This document shows, in pieces, positions 58,890 through 64,000 of a DNA stretch of 64,000 bases (position 1 is its first letter; each line of letters begins with the position of its first letter). Source of the DNA: a virus (Duplodnaviria; Caudoviricetes). Made by a program: the position numbers and the translations under genes. The DNA is taken from the IMG/VR virus record IMGVR_UViG_3300013426_000018, positions 1 to 64,000 of that record. One strand, 5' to 3'. The notes under the pieces were generated by a model. That model saw only the letters and a list, made by a program, of their open reading frames with translations. It searched no databases and had not been told where the DNA came from.

Positions 58890-59711
58890 ATGGAAGATAG
58901 CCTTCAACAATACCTAAGAGAGATATCTCAATATCCCCTATTGACTCCAATAGAAGAATAGGAATTGACTCAAAAAACCTTCTTGGGCGATGATAAGGCA
59001 CGCCAATGTCTTATCAATTCTAATCTGCGTTTAGTAGTATCTATCGCACGAGCTTATCGTAATTGCGGACTTCCTTTCATCGACTTAATTCAAGAAGGCA
59101 ATCTTGGTCTTATTAAAGCCGTTGATTCTTTTGATCCTTCTCTAGGGACGCATTTTTCAACATATGCTACTAGTTGGATTCGTCAAAAGATTGGACGAGC
59201 ATTAAGTAATGATTCCCGCAATATTCGGATTCCCGCCCATTTAGCCGAGCTACAATCTACTCTTAAAAATGTGTCTTCTAAAGTATTAGCTTCTACCGGC
59301 AAAGAACCCACTAATAAAGAATTAGCGGTTTTGCTCAATTTAGATACTAAAAAAGTCACAGAAGTGTTAAATTGTGATCACGCAATTACATCTCTTGATA
59401 CTCCTGTGGGTATCGATGAAGAAACAACGGTCGGTGATTTAATTCCCGATTCTTTCATCGATGTAGCTAAAACGGTAGAGGAAAAGATTGACGGAGAAAT
59501 CATTAACTCAGTAGTCGATACTCTTTCTCCAAGAGAAAAAGAAGTAATCAATCGTCGTTTCGGATTGCGGGGACAGATGCCCGCAACTCTTGAAGCTATT
59601 GGGCGAGATTTAGGTCTATCTAAAGAACGAGTGCGTCAATGCCAATCTACGGCTTTACGCAAATTGCGTCATCCTTGCCGTAGTAATATTTTAAAGGATT
59701 GTATGTTATGA
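58890..59711 (+). CDS. RpoD/sigma-70 family sigma factor (273 aa, single TAG at codon 24)
   Basis: DSLQQYLREISQYPLLT (1.2), NLRLVVSIA, DLIQEGNLGLIKAV (2), TLEAIGRDLGLSKERVRQ (4.2). Confidence 0.93.
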
Positions 59712-59902
59712 AATATGAAAAATGTGAAGGTGCGTGCGATTATTGCTTCTACGCCAAAAGGAATAAAAAGAAAGAGATAATCGGGTGTGCCTTTGAACCA
59801 CCTAATGACTTGCGAAATGATTTAGCGATTAACCATCATTATTGTCGGCATTTTATGTGCGAGTACGCTAAAGGAGAAAACCAATGCCAAAAAAGACAGT
59901 AA
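59708..59902 (+). CDS. Small Cys-rich hypothetical protein
   Basis: ATGA overlap with sigma stop. Confidence 0.6.
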   Translation: MKYEKCEGACDYCFYAKRNKKKEIIGCAFEPPNDLRNDLAINHHYCRHFMCEYAKGENQCQKRQ

Positions 59903-60255
59903 AAACTTGGGATGAAACTGAGCTTTACCTCATTCTTTTTCTTTTGGAATTGGTATTTGGTTACATCCTAAAAAATCTTAATGTTTTTCTAATGCTAATT
60001 CTTTGTATTATCACATCTCCTGGCTGGCTTCTCCTATCTTCTTATATTTGTATGGTAACTCCTGCCTTCCATTTGCGGTCATTTGATCTATTTCTAGTCC
60101 AACATATCCCCGATGATGAGTTTTTTGGGATTCTTCTTCACGATGATAATGGATATCTTATTTACCATTTGAATGATAAGAGTGCGGTTAGCACCTGGCT
60201 TATTGATCACCCCATTAAAGATAAAGGAGTCATTGATATATGGAACAGCATTTAA
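59884..60255 (+). CDS. Hypothetical membrane protein
   Basis: AAGGAG RBS; hydrophobic segments. Confidence 0.7.
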   Translation: MPKKTVKTWDETELYLILFLLELVFGYILKNLNVFLMLILCIITSPGWLLLSSYICMVTPAFHLRSFDLFLVQHIPDDEFFGILLHDDNGYLIYHLNDKSAVSTWLIDHPIKDKGVIDIWNSI

Positions 60256-60659
60256 CAAAATTGACCATTGCGGAACCTATTGCTGGCTGGTCCTCTCTTA
60301 AATTGGATAATGATGTTTATGAAGTATCTTACTCTACTAATGCGGGAGTAGATTTTTTAAAAACAGTTTATAAAAATTATATAGACAAGAAAAATGGCAA
60401 TATCTTTGCTATGATATTCGATGCCGAAGAAGTAGGTTGCTTCTATCTTATTCTATGCAATAGATACTTAACCGTATGTTCTGCTGATGATAACTTTGTT
60501 AGACATTATCTTTTTGACAGTGCTAAAGAAATTATGCGTCAGGTATATGCCTCAATTGCCCCATACGCAGATGCTTGGGCACATTTTTTCTATGATGAGA
60601 ATAAAAATTCTATAGAAGAGATTAATACTTTACTCAATCTAATCAAGGAGGAGCTTTAA
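60240..60659 (+). CDS. Hypothetical protein
   Basis: AAGGAG RBS. Confidence 0.75.
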   Translation: MEQHLTKLTIAEPIAGWSSLKLDNDVYEVSYSTNAGVDFLKTVYKNYIDKKNGNIFAMIFDAEEVGCFYLILCNRYLTVCSADDNFVRHYLFDSAKEIMRQVYASIAPYADAWAHFFYDENKNSIEEINTLLNLIKEEL

Positions 60660-60660
60660 T

Positions 60661-60996
60661 ATGAGCGACTTGTATAAGTTTGAAACTTATAGGGAAGAAA
60701 TATGTGGAGAATGCTTATTTGCCACTTGTGACACTTGTCCAGTTGAACAAACTTATCGAAAACTTCTCGATGAAGAATACGGAGAAGATTTTCATACTCC
60801 TATGACAGTTCATTCTGTTGATTCTAAGCAGTTCCAAGAGAATCTTGAAAAATGGTTAGCTCGAAGGCATAGAAAGGGAGATTTCAAAGCTAAAGCTCGT
60901 AAGCAGAGAGTAATTCCTCGTAAAAAAGACACTGGTTATCTTAAAGATAATATGAGCACAACTAGAAGAAAAATAAAAATGGGTTTTGGCTCGTAA
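60661..60996 (+). CDS. Hypothetical protein
   Basis: AGGAGGAG RBS. Confidence 0.75.
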   Translation: MSDLYKFETYREEICGECLFATCDTCPVEQTYRKLLDEEYGEDFHTPMTVHSVDSKQFQENLEKWLARRHRKGDFKAKARKQRVIPRKKDTGYLKDNMSTTRRKIKMGFGS

Positions 60997-61121
60997 GCCA
61001 AAGCCAAGAAAAGGATTACGAGTTTTATTCACCCTATGGACTAAATAAGACAATTTTATAATATCTTCTTTCTAAAAAATAGAAAGAAGATATTTTTTTT
61101 TATAGGAAGTGAAATATAAAA

Positions 61122-62705
61122 ATGAAATTTAATAGTGTAAACTATATAGACAATAAAACAACTATTACTGCAAGTAATCTTAATGATATCCAAAAGGCAA
61201 TACAAAAATTAGGATACTTAAAAGATTCTTATTCAAGAGTTTATTGTTGGGGAGATTCTCTGACTCAGGGTATTGGAGGAAATGCAGCTGGATGGCATTT
61301 AATTAGTTATCCCGCAGTCCTAAGTGAACGCATCGACACTGTTAATTTAGGTATCTTATCAGATGATATTCCTACCATAATGGCAAGAATGGGTTCTGAC
61401 CCAGCTCTTTTACCCGCAGTTACTATCCCGGCTTCTTCTTCTGAAAGTGTTGTCGTTGGAAGTGCTTCCTCAGGTTTTACAACGAAAAGTGGGCGAACCG
61501 CTAAATTGTTAAAATACGGCGACTCAGGCATTAATCCTTGTTATATCAATGATACTCCTTGTATACTTTTTAGAGATTATGACGCAACTGATATAGATAA
61601 TTAGAGCTTGCGTTTACGTCGACTTGAAGATGGAGAAGCTATTACTATTTCCGCAAAAACTCCTTTAGTAACCTATGCGGCCAAGCACTATCGGGATAAT
61701 GGCCTTCATATTTTCTGGATGGGTGCCAATGGTGGTTATGGAGATGATGCGGCACATAATAATTTAGCTTTTAGCGATTATGTAACTCAATTACAAAAGT
61801 GCGTTAATTATGTATTTCCGCAGGATTATTTAATTGTTTATAGTAGAGAAAGAAAAGGTTATGCCACTGATGAGAATGCGGAAATTGCTACTTTAAAAGC
61901 CCAATTCGGAGATCACTTTATTCATTTGGTTCCACAATTAAAAGACAGAGGATTACTATATGGCGAAACCGCTCAATGGGATGGCACTTTAACGAATGGG
62001 ATTCCAAATGTCTTGGACAGCGGTGATGGTTGTCACTTTAGTTTTTATGGTTATATGGCTATTGGCAAAATTATTTGGGAATACGTGCTAAAACGTATTC
62101 AAAAGGCAGAAGCAAGTGATGGAGCGATTGGTGATAGTGTGGGCGATTGGCTATATAAATTACCTGCTCCTGTTACTTTTGGAGATAATAGTTCCGCAAT
62201 TAATACTGGTTTTTAGCCATTCGCTTATGGAAAAGACACTTGGACTGTTGCGGTAAAGTACAAGGATGGCTTACAAGCCAAAGATTCTACTTAGTGGGGA
62301 ACCCTATTATTTAATGAAGTCGTTTCAGGAACTACTCAATTAAAAGTAGCAATTACATCTGCTTCACAATCTTATCCTAATAGCTCAATAATGATTAACG
62401 CAGGAGGAACTGCTTTTAATCCTTCTGATGCTTCATAGAATATTACCAAACTTTATGAAAATGGCTATCACACTTTAATTATTAGTAAAAATATAAATAA
62501 TTATACTATATATTTAGATAATAATAAAGTTTATAATAATTCTTTGAGTTACGCTCAATCCACTAACGGCAATTAGCCTCTTTATTTAGGTGGATGGAAT
62601 AGTGGCTGGGGCATGATAAAAGGAACTGTCTACGATTTAAGAATTTATAATGATTGCTTGACTGATTCTCAAGTGACCGCACTTAATGAGTTATTTAAAG
62701 AATAA
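61122..62705 (+). CDS. SGNH/GDSL hydrolase-like domain plus C-terminal LamG/ConA-like domain (527 aa, TAG=Gln)
   Basis: WGDSLT, WMGAN, DGCH blocks; C-term GTVYDLRIYNDCLTDSQV; frame continuous through TAGs. Confidence 0.75.
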
Positions 62706-62746
62706 AAAAAAATAAGGGGAAGATAATTAAGTCTTCCCCTTTTAAT

Positions 62747-62993
62747 TTATTTAACTATATCAAAATCTGCTTGAGCAGAATCTACTGAGCCATATTTTTT
62801 ATCTAATCTAAGCATTGGCCTAACCCGCACAAATTTACCATTTTTATAAATATAAGCAACCATTTTTTTACCTTCATAAATGCCGCTACTTGTGGTAGTT
62901 ACTCCCGCAACAGCTTGTCCAATGGTTACTTCTTGAGTAGCGGTTTTATTTTTGTGAAGAATGTTAGGCTTACAAGCCACCCATTTAAACATT
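62747..62993 (-). CDS. Hypothetical protein
   Basis: Track ORF, likely start MFKWVAC; bidirectional terminator at ~62705-62745. Confidence 0.55.
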
Positions 62994-63186
62994 AAAATAA
63001 TTCCCTTCAATACTATCGGCAAGAGAATCAATTAATTCTTGATAGTAATTTTCAGAAGTTATTAATTCTTGTTGAATAGCTTGAATCTCTTGCCGCACTT
63101 CGGAGATTTCCAAAGTTAACTCCTTTATCATCTCTTCATGTTTGTTTACCAAGTCCATTATATTATAGTTATTACCTTGTTTCATA
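62985..63186 (-). CDS. Small coiled-coil protein
   Basis: AAAGGAG RBS before MKQGNN. Confidence 0.6.
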
Positions 63187-63312
63187 ACCGTGGAAACTCC
63201 TTTCAATAAAGTAAAAATAGATTAGGAAGTTTTTTATTTTTCTTCCTAATCTATTTTAAAAATTATTTCTTTCAATTGTAAGGAGTTACCCAAATTTTTT
63301 ATAAAAATTTAA

Positions 63313-63480
63313 TTACTTAGTATCATCAGTGCCATAAACTTCGCTGACAAGACTAGAAAGCTCAATATACTCATCGTCTGTTAAACGATCAACAGAGTAA
63401 AAAACATCAAGTTTCTTTTGAGCAGCTTCCTTTGTCTTATAAAATTTTCTATTAATAAGAATTTTCATTGCATTATACAT
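63313..63480 (-). CDS. XkdX-like small protein (55 aa)
   Basis: KLDVFYSVDRLTDDEYIEL; AGGAGG RBS; follows a tail-fibre-like gene. Confidence 0.65.
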   Translation of the reverse strand: MYNAMKILINRKFYKTKEAAQKKLDVFYSVDRLTDDEYIELSSLVSEVYGTDDTK

Positions 63481-63499
63481 TTTATTTTCCTCCTATTAT

Positions 63500-64000
63500 T
63501 TACGTTCTTGCATTTCTTATAATGACTACACCAGAGCCACCATTTCCACCTGTGGTGATTGTATGGTCTCCTCCACCGCCGCCGCCACCAGTATTGGCTT
63601 CAGCATCAGCACTATAAGTAGTGACTGAGTAACTTTCGTCGCAATGACTTCTTCCCCAGCCAAAATGAGTTTCGTCACTAAGTCCCCAACAAGATTTAGA
63701 AGTCCCTTCAATCCATCGTTCTTCTCCTCCTGGGCAACATAACCAGCCCCATTTAATTCCAGCTGGATCACCGCCATTATAACCATCTCCACCACCGCCC
63801 CCTTGGGCGACATATTTTCCTGAATTAAATAATTGTATGCCAGGATCCCGAGTATCATTATCAATCCAATTGTGAAGATTACTCTCATGAAATTCGCCAT
63901 TAACATCAGTATAGCCATCTATATCATAAACATACTCATAGTTTAATAAAGAACATCCTGAACCAGAGCCACCTTGATAGTCGTGATAATCGCCCCTATT
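63500..64000 (-). CDS. C-terminus of a glycine-rich tail fibre/adhesin-like protein (partial)
   Basis: ANTGGGGGG...GGNGGSGVVIIR; the track ORF 63526-63918 is the wrong frame. Confidence 0.75.
   Translation of the reverse strand, partial: NRGDYHDYQGGSGSGCSLLNYEYVYDIDGYTDVNGEFHESNLHNWIDNDTRDPGIQLFNSGKYVAQGGGGGDGYNGGDPAGIKWGWLCCPGGEERWIEGTSKSCWGLSDETHFGWGRSHCDESYSVTTYSADAEANTGGGGGGGDHTITTGGNGGSGVVIIRNART

Noticed and set aside
63500-64000. Diversity-generating retroelement target in the fibre C-terminus
   Set aside because: No template repeat or reverse transcriptase visible in this window

Overview
A 64-kb slice of a large, AT-rich tailed phage. The host is probably a Bacillota/Clostridia member, judging from AGGAGG RBSs, consensus sigma-A promoters and an AbrB-like gene. 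The supplied ORF track looks shredded for two reasons I could resolve by hand. (1) TAG is read as Gln (code-15-like): minus-strand fragments join in frame through TAG into full-length terminase, portal, protease/scaffold, capsid, neck, tail and tape-measure genes. (2) The morphogenesis module (1-37.8 kb, minus strand) carries 13 group I introns in 5 genes: 6 in terminase large subunit, 3 in major tail protein, 2 in the gene upstream of terminase, 1 in a head-tail gene and 1 in tape measure. Five introns carry homing endonucleases of four families, two exons are only 14 nt, and one 5' splice site appears non-canonical. From 37.9 to 50 kb is a plus-strand early-type region of small, almost TAG-free genes, mostly each with its own near-consensus promoter. 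It is punctuated by a dispersed family of fixed-geometry, sequence-variable hairpins, leftward promoters for probable sRNAs, and inverted operator-like motifs. From 50.3 to 55.1 kb are three initiator-like genes, each tied to its own 4-copy, ~23-bp-period iteron array, two of them a diverged tandem duplication. From 55.6 to 64 kb are a HExxH membrane protein, a decayed C5-methyltransferase, an RpoD-like sigma factor with a single in-frame TAG, an SGNH/LamG-like protein and the end of a glycine-rich tail-fibre gene. No suppressor tRNA, release factor, CRISPR array or reverse transcriptase was seen in this window. Coordinates were derived by hand; frames were checked by divisibility by 3. Product names rest on motif recognition and gene order, not on database searches.
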